In this document: in pieces, positions 36,401-47,900 of the stretch
Layout: each line of letters begins with the position of its first letter
Position numbering within the stretch: position 1 is the first letter of the stretch
DNA from: Priapulus caudatus
Taxonomy: Eukaryota
Length of the DNA: 63,635 nucleotides
Reading direction: 5' to 3'
Assembly (NCBI RefSeq): GCF_000485595.1
Contig: NW_014577090.1
Location: forward strand, 275,443-339,077
Translations under genes and position numbers: made by a program
The notes under the pieces: model-generated
What the model was told of the DNA's origin: nothing
The model's database searches: none
The model's input: only the letters and a program-made list of their open reading frames with translations

Positions 36401-39400
36401 GTATTGCATTAATTGTATTGCATTAATAGTATTGCATAGTATTGCATTATATAGTCTTCCTCAGAGCAGAAGTTATCTGTGCCTGTGCTACTACAAAGTG
36501 TGTTAATATCGCCAAACACACATGTGAAAACCGTATTTTACACACCTTTGTATTTTTCTTCAAAATCTTCAATGTCTTTTGTGGACACCTTTTGGTACAC
36601 CAGTCTCCAGTAATCCATCCAATCTCTTTCTTGTTTGAAAATGTCATTATCGTCATCCACCTCTCCTGCAAGAAGCAAGGTATTCATGAAGACCAGTCTA
36701 GCTTGACAAAGGGTCAAGAATCGTTTACTAGAAGCAAACATCATCCCACCACACACCACAGCAAATTCTAAAACATGTTCAGAGAGTGTTAATTGCGGCA
36801 AATTGGGAAACCAAATGCTGTACGTTTGAAAATTTAAGAACTTAATTTACCTGTTTCATCATAAACTGCTCTCTTCTCTTTATCTGAGAGAACTGCATAA
36901 ACCTTGCCTAAAATCTGGAATACTACTGTAGCGGAGCGCTGCTCAGTGGCGGCGACTCGGTCTGGATGAACTTTCAGTGACAGTTTGTAGTAAGCACGCT
37001 TTACTGGAAAGAAACAACATTGAATAGGCTGTCTCAGACAGTATCATTATATAGCGAGCTAGAGATAGAAATAGTAGGGTGCCACATAGATCATCACTTC
37101 CCATAGCCGCATAGACTCGCATTGTGACTCTACATACTCGGTAACCAGGGCCGCACTCACAGTCTCAGCAGAGGACCGCTTCGCATTATGTTCAAGTGCC
37201 AATTAGTGAATGAGACTTCACTTTTTGAACAAAATGAAAATTTTTAGTTAAGTAGTGAAATTTTCAGCGAAAAAGATCCTGATCGGAGTGATCCAGAGTG
37301 AGAAAAGGTGGCGAGGCAAGCACTGCCACTGAAGACCAACGATGCATGATACATGTCTTTTCGGGTGGGCATTCGCCTTTATGTAAAGTGAACAGTACTT
37401 GCTTCGACTCTGTTCCACCATGGTTCCACCCAGGGGCGTAAATCCGTACCGAGGAGTGGGGGGAGATGATCGGCGATAGACGGCGGGCAAAATTAACTTG
37501 CTGCCCGCAGGCAAGCCGCGTGCGTTAGGCATGCCAGTGCTACGGGGGTCATGGGGCATGCCCCGCCAGAAAGTGTAGATTCACAAGGTTAAAGGATTCA
37601 AAACACTTTTCATGACGTTTTTCAGAGAGCGTAGCACAGTAGGTTACTATAGTAAGAACTCCTGTAATAATCAAATGTATTAAACAGCAGGTAAGAATTG
37701 CAATTTCTCACAATTATCACATGTTTTGTATGTTGCCAAACCATACTTTTTTGGCTATTCTTTTTTTCTCTTTTTTTTTTGAATACTCAGGGGGATATCT
37801 TGTACAGCCATCCCCGCCCTCCTTCAAGANNNNNNNNNNNNNNNNNNNNNNNNNNNNNNNNNNNNNNNNNNNNNNNNNNNNNNNNNNNNNNNNNNNNNNN
37901 NNNNNNNNNNNNNNNNNNNNNNNNNNNNNNNNNNNNNNNNNNNNNNNNCAATCAATTCAATTCAATCAATTCAATTCAATTCAATAGATGGCAGTGTGTA
38001 CAGATTAACATGACGTACGTGTGAATCCATGGTGTATACCCTTAACGGCGCAGTGGCCTAATCGCTAGAACATCCGTCTCCTACACCGGGATTATTTTTT
38101 ACAGTTTGGGATGGGATGGGATGGCATGCGATGGCATGTGATGGCATGGGATGGGATGGGATCACAGGCACTTCGAGCATTTCAATAAATTATAATGCTA
38201 AGTAAATACGAAATCTATTTACTACCAAAGTCTTAATATGTTTCTATACTCTCTTTCACCTATTATTGCCGACAATTTCCTGTAAATGCGGTCCAAATGC
38301 TCATCTGCAACAAACGCTGGCTGCCGCTGCACACTGACACATAACTATATAGCAGGTAGGAAAGCGTGCTGCCAAAATTCGCTCGACGCTCGCTTGATTT
38401 CATACGAATACAACACAAATATTCAACCATTCTACTCCATCTTTGTTTCTATTTGAAGAACAGTGTTCACTTGTTGTAAAAACATACTATCTGTGTTCGT
38501 AACCGAGCTGTGTCACGCGAAATCACACAAAGCCTGACGAAATTCTCGCGTTCGCTCCTGTTGTGCAGTTTATGTAAATGGCTGAAAGTACAGGGCACAG
38601 GAGGCGCACTGCATTTTGGGAAACTACCACGCTGCTTTCCAACTCCCGTACGAGCCCCGTCAAAGCCGCCAGTGGAGCGTTGCAAAAACGTTGCAGCGTT
38701 GCAGCGCAAAAATGAGGTCACAAAGAGCGCCGGTGGGTGTTTCCTGATTCCGACAGCCATTTACATAAACTGCGCAACGGGAGCGAACGCGAGAATTTAG
38801 TCATGCAGGCTTTGTGTGATTTCGCGTGACACAGCTCGGTTACGAACACAGACAGTATGTTTTTATAACAAGTGAACACTGTTCTTCAAACAGAAACAAA
38901 GATGGAGTACGTAGAATGGTTGAATATTTGTGTTGTATGCGTATGAAATCAAGCGAGCGTCGAGCGAATTTTGGCTGCACGTTTTCCTACCTGCTATATA
39001 TTTATGTGTCAGTGTGCAGCGGCAGCCAGCGTTTGTTGCAGATGAGCATTTGGACGGCATTTACAGGAAATTATCGGCAATAATACTTAATAGGTGAAAG
39101 AGAGTATATAGATACATTAAGACTTTGGTAGTAAATAGATTTCGTATTTATTTAGCATTATATTTTATTGAAACGCTCCAAGTGCCTGTGGATGGAATGC
39201 GATGGAATGCGATGGGATGGGATGGGATGGGATGGAATGGGATGGCATGGGATGCGATATGGGATGGGATGGGATGGGATGCGATATCATATCGGATGGG
39301 ATAGTCACTAGTGTAGAGATTTCGGTTACACCGAAGACTCTATTTCAAACCACAACACACGACAGGGCGTGGCCATTTTGGAATAACTCAAAACCTGGAT

Positions 39401-41539
39401 CGGAAAACCAGGTGACACCTAAATTCCACTTAAGAGATCAATGTGCACAATCAAATAAATGAAAGGTCAAGCTATAATAGAATACAGGATAAAAGGATAA
39501 CGAGTAAATAAGTAAAACACCAATTAGAATAGAATATGAATGGAAAATTACTCGGCCAGGCAGCTGACGTAATCGGCCTAAATGCGGCACGGCGTGTAAA
39601 CAAACGGCCGGTACCTGGCAGAACAGACCGGTATATCCCAGTAAACAAGCGATGCCAGCTGGAATACCCCTGCTTAGTACTAGGGGAAAGGGGAAAAAGC
39701 ACGTGACCAGGGAGCAACCAGGGAGTATATAACGCGCCCGAAAAGCCGTAGAAATCAGAACGCCGGGGCAGCAGCCCCTAGGAGAACCCAGGAGCACTCG
39801 GAGAACCAAGGAGCCCTGCCTTGCCTATAGAAGCACTCAGGAGAACCAAGGAGCCCTGCCTTGCCTATAGGAGCACTCAGGAGAACCAAGGAGACCTGCC
39901 TTGCCTATAGGAGCACTCAGGAGAACCAAGGAGACCTGCCTTGCCTATAGGAGCACTCGGAGAGCCAAGGAGCGCTGGCTGCCTCATAAGCCCCAGGATT
40001 ACGAGGAACGCTGACCCGATGGGGGGCGGCACCCACCAATAGGAGCACTCACACGGGGAACACTCACCCAGTGTAGGAGAACTGGGGCAGTCACCGGGTA
40101 GCAGACGACGAGCGCAGTTCACCCTCCGGAGAAGAAAGAAGTGAGAAGATAGAAGAAGGAAGATAGAAGAGAGAAGGCAGAAGAGAGAAGGAAGAAGATA
40201 GAAGAAAGAAGAAGGAAGAGAGAAGAAAGAAGATAGAAGAAGGAAGAGAGAAGGCAGAAGAAAGAAGAAAGAAGATAGAAGAGAGAAGAAGGAAGATAGA
40301 AGAGAAAAGGAAGAAGGTAGAAGATAGAAGAAAGAAGATAGAAGATAGAAGACAGAAGACAGAAGATAGAAGATAGAAGATAGAAGAAAGAAGATAGAAG
40401 ATAGAAGACAGAAGACAGAAGATAGAAGATAGAAGATAGAAGAAAGAAGATAAAAGATAGAAGAAAGAAGATAGAAGAGAGAAGGCAGAAGATAGAAGAA
40501 GGAAGAGAGAGAACAGAAGAGAGAAGGGAGACGACAGAAGAGAGAAGAGAGACGACAGAAGAAAGAAGACAGAAGATAGAAGAAAGAAAAAAGAAGAAGG
40601 AAGAAAGAATAAAGAAACAAGAATGAAGAAACAAGAATGAAGAAACAAGAAGGAACGAGAAACGGCGCGACGAATAGAGGAGGGAGGAGAACGCCGACAG
40701 CATGTGCCGTTACGTCTTATTCTCACTGCCGACAATCTCAACAGATACGTCAGGTTCGCGTTCACGCCGAAGCACCTATATTTTTGCACGTAACCGTTCA
40801 CTGGCCTTATGCCATAAAATATCATAGTTACGACAAATAGTCCGTCACGCAGTCAGACCACTCATAACGCGTCAGGTAACCACCAGGTACGATACTGCAT
40901 AACTGTAGTGTGTGTATGAGCAATTAATAATTATAAAGCTACCGGTTCTGTATACTTAAGAACTTGCGTTGTGTTTATTTGCCTCTGTTTGTTTATTTCC
41001 TGCTGCCACGCAACACAGTCCCGCTTTGCCACCGGGAGCAAGAAATGATCCCGCAAAAACAATAGTGCATTCACACGCACATAATTCTCGTAGCGGCTAC
41101 CCCTAGGTTAGCTCTACTTCTAGTACTATAGCCCGCGTACAGTTGCCGGTGGCAATTAACTGTACGCGGGCTATAGTACTAGAGCTACCCCTAGGTCCAC
41201 TACAACATCATGGCATGAGATGGATGGATGGATGCATGGATGGATGGATGGATGGATGCATGGACGGATGCATGGATGGATGCATGGATGGATGCATGGA
41301 TAGATAGATAGTTCTATTTTTATTGGTATTTTCCTTTCAACCAAGCGGTCACCAACTGAGTAACGCCACTGATTTCCCCGGGCAACGCCGGGTATCCCGC
41401 TGGGTACTAATAGTAATAATACTAATACTAGGCCTACTTTCTTACCTTCGCTAGATGACGCACTCTTTTCTAACGATAGCACTTCGTATAGATTTAGCGT
41501 GCCGAATTCTTTTTTACATTGCGCTAGCAGGCCCTTCAT
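33487..41539 (-). CDS. DNAJC9: DnaJ homolog subfamily C member 9 (J-domain histone co-chaperone), 6 coding exons
   Basis: Exons 41539-41446 ([21 protein letters not shown]), 37003-36851 ([40 protein letters not shown]), 36665-36546 ([27 protein letters not shown]), 35815-35707 ([15 protein letters not shown]), 34404-34302, 33687-33487 ([29 protein letters not shown]). HPD motif present; phases consistent. Confidence 0.93.
35200..35676 (+). mobile_element. Helentron-like non-autonomous element (boundaries approximate)
   Basis: TTGACCTT motifs, GGAC-type simple repeat and a 3' hairpin AGCTCGATCTGAC-TAC-GTCAGATGAGCT. Confidence 0.45.
36173..36390. mobile_element. MITE family B, copy 2, with (TTAGGG)n core
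   Basis: GGGGTCGTTGTCGTATCAGGTACTA ... TAGTACCTGATACGACAACGACCCC; homologous to 18066-18257. Confidence 0.75.
37830..37948. other. Assembly gap (N run)
   Basis: N characters. Confidence 0.98.
38163..39190. mobile_element. Foldback-type non-autonomous DNA transposon with ~420-bp inverted arms (CMC/CACTA-like termini)
   Basis: Arms 38163-~38584 and ~38753-39190 are reverse complements; termini CACAGGCACTT...AAGTGCCTGTG; 3-bp GAT duplication; inserted in a (GGGAT)n microsatellite. Confidence 0.85.
39312..41118 (+). mobile_element. Possible long solo LTR containing a 39-bp tandem array (~39781-39975) and a purine-rich (AGAAGAT)-type array (~40130-40655)
   Basis: Starts TGTAGAG, ends CTCTAC(T); TATATAA at ~39726; flanks ACTAG/TCTAG are only an imperfect TSD. 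The tandem arrays are certain; the LTR interpretation is inference. Confidence 0.4.
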
Positions 41540-41924
41540 TGTCACGAATAATACCGGCAATCACACACGTTGATAAGCATTCACCTGATAACTAAAAAAT
41601 ACCGAAAATATGCAAATTTAGGAAGATAAATATTATAACTAGAAAATCAAAACAAACCAAGGCGCGCGAAATTTTGCGCACCAGCGCCCTCTTTCGAATA
41701 ACATGTCACATTTAACTGGTTATTAATCTTTACGCAGTTTCAGTCTACTCTTTTATTATAGTACTTTTACCCTTACCTTTATGTACCTTTTAGCAATGTT
41801 GATATACCTTTTTCAATATTAATAGAGTCATGTATTTACAAAATCAAAGGCAACCGAGCGAGGGCCCCAAATAATACGGACAGAAAATTCTCTACCACAC
41901 AGATGACATAAACAACAAGCAACC
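41540..41924. promoter_or_regulatory. Putative bidirectional promoter between DNAJC9 and REP, with an E2F-like site
   Basis: The two ATGs are head-to-head, 385 bp apart; GCGCGAAA (= TTTCGCGC) at 41664-41671. Confidence 0.6.
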
Positions 41925-44900
41925 ATGGCTGACAACTTGCCAACCGAGTTTGATGCTATAGTCGTAGGAACAGGTACACTGCTGTCTGTTGGTTGTAGCT
42001 CATTTACTGCGTGCTACTTGTGTAATTAAATTATATATAAAGTTAAGTATCTAGACGCCACCGTGCGCAAGTAAATGTATTAGCCCCGTGAGTTGTACGT
42101 AGCATATTTACTTTTTAGCATAACGACGTGGTTTATCTTTATGGGCAGTTGCCAAAATGAAACCACCCATAATATAGATATAGATATACTCATATAGACA
42201 TCGTTATTTACAGGAATGACCGAATGCATCCTTGCGGCAGCACTTGCGAGAATCGGGAAGAATGTACTTCACATCGACAGGTAAGTTCAAATGTGCATCT
42301 TCAAAATTACCCACAAAGCAAAGGTTAGTTGGCATGCCACCTTTGCCAGGTTAGTTTACCTAGTTAACACTCAGCAACACACAGGAACTAATGCCTGATA
42401 AGAAACAGATACTGAGATATGGACACATCGAAGATATGGTATGAATCCTCATTTTTACATCCTCTTTTGTAGAAACGATCATTATGGTGGAGACTGGGCT
42501 TCCTTTAACATGGACAGCATGAGGCGCTGGATAGCCAACCACAGGGTGAGTCGCCATCTATAATCCATGGTTATTGTAATGATAAGTATATATCCAACAA
42601 AGGAACAAGAATCTTTTTCATCCACTGCAGGTGTGACTTCTCTAGACTTGTGAATCCTCATTAAAATACCATCATCATGTCTACACAATGAAAGCACAAC
42701 TGCAGCAGGGTGCGAAATTAACGCAAGTCCGGAATCAAATACTACCTGATTTACTGTCGGACTCCCTGATTTGACATATGCAGGAGTCTGTGTGACTCCC
42801 TGAAAATTCTGCTATACTAACTAGTTCGTTCCAGAGCACGGCCTCGTGGAATTACCGTATTTTTTCAGCAAATGTCCAAAGAAGATTGGGCAGACGTGCA
42901 ACCGCATGAATCTTCAAAATAAGCACATGCATTATTGTTAATATCTTTAGTTTTGAACAGACTGCGGACTCCCTCATTTTGCTGAGGACTCCCTCTTTTT
43001 GAGGGCAGGGAGTCCGTTGGACTCCCTTGTTCAAAAGTTAATTTCTACCCCTGCTGCAGCTTTTTATTTTCAAATTATTTACAAATGTTTAAAAACGTGA
43101 ATGTTTGCTGAAAATGTGTTGACTGATGTGTGATTATTGTCAGGGAGAGGAATGTCCACCATCCGTGATGGAAATACCTGAGTACTCTTCGCTCCTACAC
43201 TATCTATCTATCAATCCAAAGACTGAGAATGAGGAAGCTGCTGAGGAGAAGGAGAAACCCAGCCCAGCTTCACTTCTGCTGGAGGGAGAGCTGCTAGTAG
43301 AAGCGCGAATGGAGTCGTCAACTATAACCAACGTCGTTGAGAAAATATTTGTGAGGTGAGCGACTGACAAGAATTTAACCCGTTTTCACTAATGTCGTGT
43401 AGATTGATAGCATACATCACTAATGTGTTGGAACTGTCTTTGCTGTGCTCATTTTGTCGTGATGATGTTTACATAGGTCACACTACAGGGGTAGAAATTA
43501 ACTTTTGAACACGGGAGTCCAACGGACTCCCTACCCTCAAAAAGAGGGAGTCCGCAGTAAAAAGAGGGAGTTCGCAGTCTGAGGTTCAAAATGAAAGATA
43601 TTAATAATAACGCATATGTGCTTATTTTTAAGATTCATGCTGTTGCACATCTGCCAAATTTTCTTTTGACATTTGTTGAAAAAATACGGTAATTCCACGA
43701 GGCCGTGCTCCGGAACGAACTAGTTAGTATGGCAGAATTTTCCGGGAGTCACACAGACTCCTGCGTATGTCAAATCAGGGAGTCCGACAGTAAATCAGGG
43801 AGTATTTGACTCCAGACTTCCATTAATTTCGCACCCTGCACTATTTATAGTAATTGGTGATTTTGATGACGTTCAGATGTTGTTTAATAGTGTTACAGCT
43901 GCCACAGCTGAACCGTTCCATCATATTTGCAATTTAGGGAGAAATCAGAAGTTGAAGTAAGCAAAGAGCCATCGGAGAGCGAACAGCAGGGTACAGCGGA
44001 TACACAGCAATCGACGGAGACCGAACAGAAGGGCGTGACGAATGCGCAGCAGACGACAGCATCAGCAAGCAAAACTCACACCAACGAGGACGAGCAGGAA
44101 CCTTCAGTAGAGTCTGTGATAGCAGAGGCACTTGCGTGTACTGAGGAGGAGATGAAGGAGGAGAAGGAAGAGGAGGATGAAAACAAAAGCGAGAGTGCAA
44201 TGGACGAGGCAATAATGTGCACACCTTCATACGACACAGTCCCGACAGGCGCAGACGCGCAGGACACCCACATAATGAACAGCACCTCAGAAACCCTCGA
44301 GCCTCAGCCGACCGCAGACGCCGACGCGAGAGTCGGAACAGAGGAGAAGCCGGCGACGGAGCCTAGCTCTCAATCGCCGTTGTGTGACGCGCAGTCGGTA
44401 GACGACGACAGTGAGTCGACAGCTCCAGTCGCAGACGCGGACGCGGGTGCCATCACTGACGCGGACACGAAATCCGCCGCAGGCTCCATCACCGACACGG
44501 CCGAAGCAGCCGCCGCCGTTGCCAACGCTGCCGCCTCTAGTCCGGCGCAGGCGGACGCCGCCGCTGCCGCCGCGGAGTGGACGATGGAGAGGATCATGAA
44601 GCGGTGGCGGCGCTTCAACCTCGACCTCGAGCCGAAGCTGCTGTTCTCGCGTGGCTCGCTCGTTGAGCTGCTCGTCTCGTCGAACATCGCGCGCTATGCC
44701 GAGTTCAAGATCCTCACGCAGGTGCTGACGCTGCTGGATGGCAGGCTGGAACGGGTACGTAGTACACGCGTGCGTAGCTGCTGCTTCTGATTGAATCTTG
44801 TGGCAGGTTGAAAAGTGACGCGTGCATACCGATGTTGCTAACGGCAGGCTGGAACGGTAGGTAGTAACACGTGTGCGTCGCTGTCTGCTGCTGCTTGAAT

Positions 44901-47900
44901 CTTGTGGCAGGTTGAAAAGGGAGCCGTGCGTAGGCCGCTGTTGCTAGACGCGGCAACTGGAACGGGTAGGTAGTACACCAGTGCATCACTGCTGCTGCTG
45001 CTGCTTGAATCTTGTGGCAGGTTGAAAAGGGACGCGTGCATAGCCGCTGTTGCTAGACGGCAGGCTGGAACGGGTACGTAGTACGCGCGTGCGTAGCTGC
45101 TGCTGCTGCTTGAATCTTGTGGCAGGTTGAAAAAGGAACGCGTGCTAGCCGTCTGTTGCTAGACGGCAGGATGGAGCGGTAGGTAGTACACTGCGTACGT
45201 AGTTGCTGCTGCTCTGATTGAATCTTGTGGCAGGCGGTAAGGGACCGTGCGTAGCCGCTGTTGCTAGACGGCAAGCTGGAATGGGTACGTTAGTACACGC
45301 GTACGTAGTTCTGCTGCTGCTTGATATCTTGTGGCAGGCGCAAAGGTACTCGTGCGTAACCGCTGTTGCTAGACGGCAAGCTGGAACGGGTACGTAGTAC
45401 ACGCGTGCGTAGCCGCTGCTGCTGATTGAATCTTGTGGCAGGCTGGAACGGGTACGTAGTGTGTGTGTAGCCGCTGCTCCTGCTTAAATCGTGTGGCAGG
45501 CTGGAATAGGTACGTAGTATGTTGCGGCGGCATGAATCTCGAAGGAGCACTGGAATGTGTACGTACACACGTGATGAAGGAAATGTTTGCATTGTTGTCC
45601 TTCCAACTTACCTTCATGCACAGCTATGGGTTTACCGGTGGTTACAGGGTGTGATGTTCCTAATCTTGAAGGATGTTAATGCCAATCCCACCCTAATACG
45701 ATCTGTGGTTTATACATAGAAATGTTCTTATTCCTAATAAATGAGTATCCTAACGTCGCCCCTAAACTCTACTGATTGCTAGTGGCATGCAACAAAATTG
45801 TCAACACCAAGTTTCTCTACATTAATATTTAGAGCATTGGACCAGCTTTGGGATTATTCCTTCAATTCCTACAGGTTCCGTGTTCGAGAGCAGACGTCTT
45901 CAGCAGTAAGAAGGTGTCGGTGATCGAGAAGCGAATGCTGATGAAGTTCATACAGTTCTGCCTAGGCTATGAGAACACACCGGCAGAGTATGCAGGTGAG
46001 AGATTCTGCATCTAGGTATGTTGTCGGCAAAAATACAAATTTGGTGAAAGAAATTCACATGGACAAAGCTTTATTCGCTGCTCAGTAGCACCAGCATCTA
46101 TTGAGCTGCAGATATGAAGAAATGTACACTTATTACTGTTTTAACGTCTTTAATATCAATCTTTTCTGGCATTCTGAACTGCAAGAATGTTGTTTGTCGC
46201 CCTTATAATTCACCATGATTCCGCTAATCGTAAAACTATAGGTTTTGAGGACCGACCGTTCTCCGAGTTCCTCATGTCGCGGAAGCTCACTCCGAACCTG
46301 CGCCACTTTGTGCTTCACTCCATCGCCATGGTAACCGAGGACTGCCCGACAGAGCGTGCGCTTGGGGAGACGAGACGCTTTCTACAGTCTCTCGGGCGGT
46401 TTGGCAATTCGCCGTTCCTCTGGCCGATGTATGGGAGTGGCGAACTCCCTCAGTGCTTCTGCAGGTACGCTAGTGCTGTCGTCACATGTACCAGGTGTCA
46501 GCAGATGTACAGTTTAAATTGTACACAAAGGGCTGTTCAAGAGAAAACCCCTAAATGTGCCCGCCTGTCAAAAATAATGCTTGGTAATGAAGTGTCATAT
46601 AGAAGTCGACATTTTGGCATGGGCACCAAAAACCAAGTACAAGCAGGGTGAGCTTGACCAACCTAACAACAATGTTCAAGCAGGACTTCATTCGCTAATG
46701 GGTTAGCTCACTTAGATGGTTAGGTTAATTGGTGGTTACTACGCGATGACCTGGTTGGTATGTTTGTAGGTTGTGTGCTGTGTTCGGCGGTATCTACTGC
46801 CTCCGCCGCATGCCGCAGTGCGTCGTCATCGACGCGGCGTCGAACCGCTGCAAGGCAATCGTCTGCAATGAGAACCAGAGGATCAGCTGTGATTGGTTGA
46901 TTATGGAGGCGAGCTACGCACCTGAGCAGTACGTGCCGAGACCAGAGACGCGCAGGAGCATATCCCGGGCCATTCTCATTACAGGTATCGTCAGCGCGCG
47001 GGGGGCGATGCCGTGTACGTGTGATTAACGATGTAGGTTAATAACTTATTTTATATATAACAGATGTCATTTATCTTGAGCAGTAGGCTATGGAGTGTAG
47101 TTTACTTAGTACGTCTGTGCAATTTCTGTGCAAAAAATACAGCTTTTTCATAAGTTTACCTCATAAAAAGGTATCATGATCAAATTGATGTACACAAAGA
47201 TATTCAATCAGTAACCTCTGCAAAATTAGTAAATGTCTTCATGTACATTAATATTTGTAAAACAATTGCATACTATGATTTACATAGTTTCATATCAAGT
47301 ATAAACTCTGATACTTTTATTGCTATGCGATGTAATATAACTTACAAGTCGATGAGAAATTGAGAATAGTTAGAATTACTAAACTCTAAATCACCCCAGT
47401 GGTCGTGACAACAACGTGATGACTTTCCCCTCATTAATCACACATCATTAACCCATTCGATAAATACCCCACAACGTGAACCTCGTGCTTCGTTAGCCTC
47501 AAGCGATTGACTATCGTAGTTACGATCATACGAACGAATGAAATCTATTGTCGACGACCGTAATTATTGTTTCCTCCTGGTAGATGGCGCTCTGCTGAAG
47601 GAGAAGCAGGAGCAGCTGACGTTGATGAGTCTGCCGGTGGGGATGCCCGGCCGCTCGCCCGTGCGTCTGCTCGAGCTCGGCCCGTCGACGATGGCGTGCC
47701 CCCGCGACCTCCGCATCGTCCACCTGACCTGCGTCGGCGGCGGCGACGCGCAACTCGACCTCGCGCCGACGATCGACAGGCTGTTCGCCGTCGCGGAGCC
47801 GCCGTCGGAGGCAGAGCGTGCGGCGCCACCTGGTGAGAGCGGCGAGCGGGAGACGATAGGCGGAGCGGCGGCGACGGAGGCAGAGCGTGCGGGGCCACCT

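Noticed and set aside
38047..38090. tRNA-like 5' fragment (GGCGCAGTGGCCTAATCG..)
   Set aside because: Truncated, no B box; at most a SINE remnant.
39877..40825. Leu/Ser/Phe-rich 'membrane protein' ORFs
   Set aside because: Reverse translation of the AGAAGAT purine-rich repeat.
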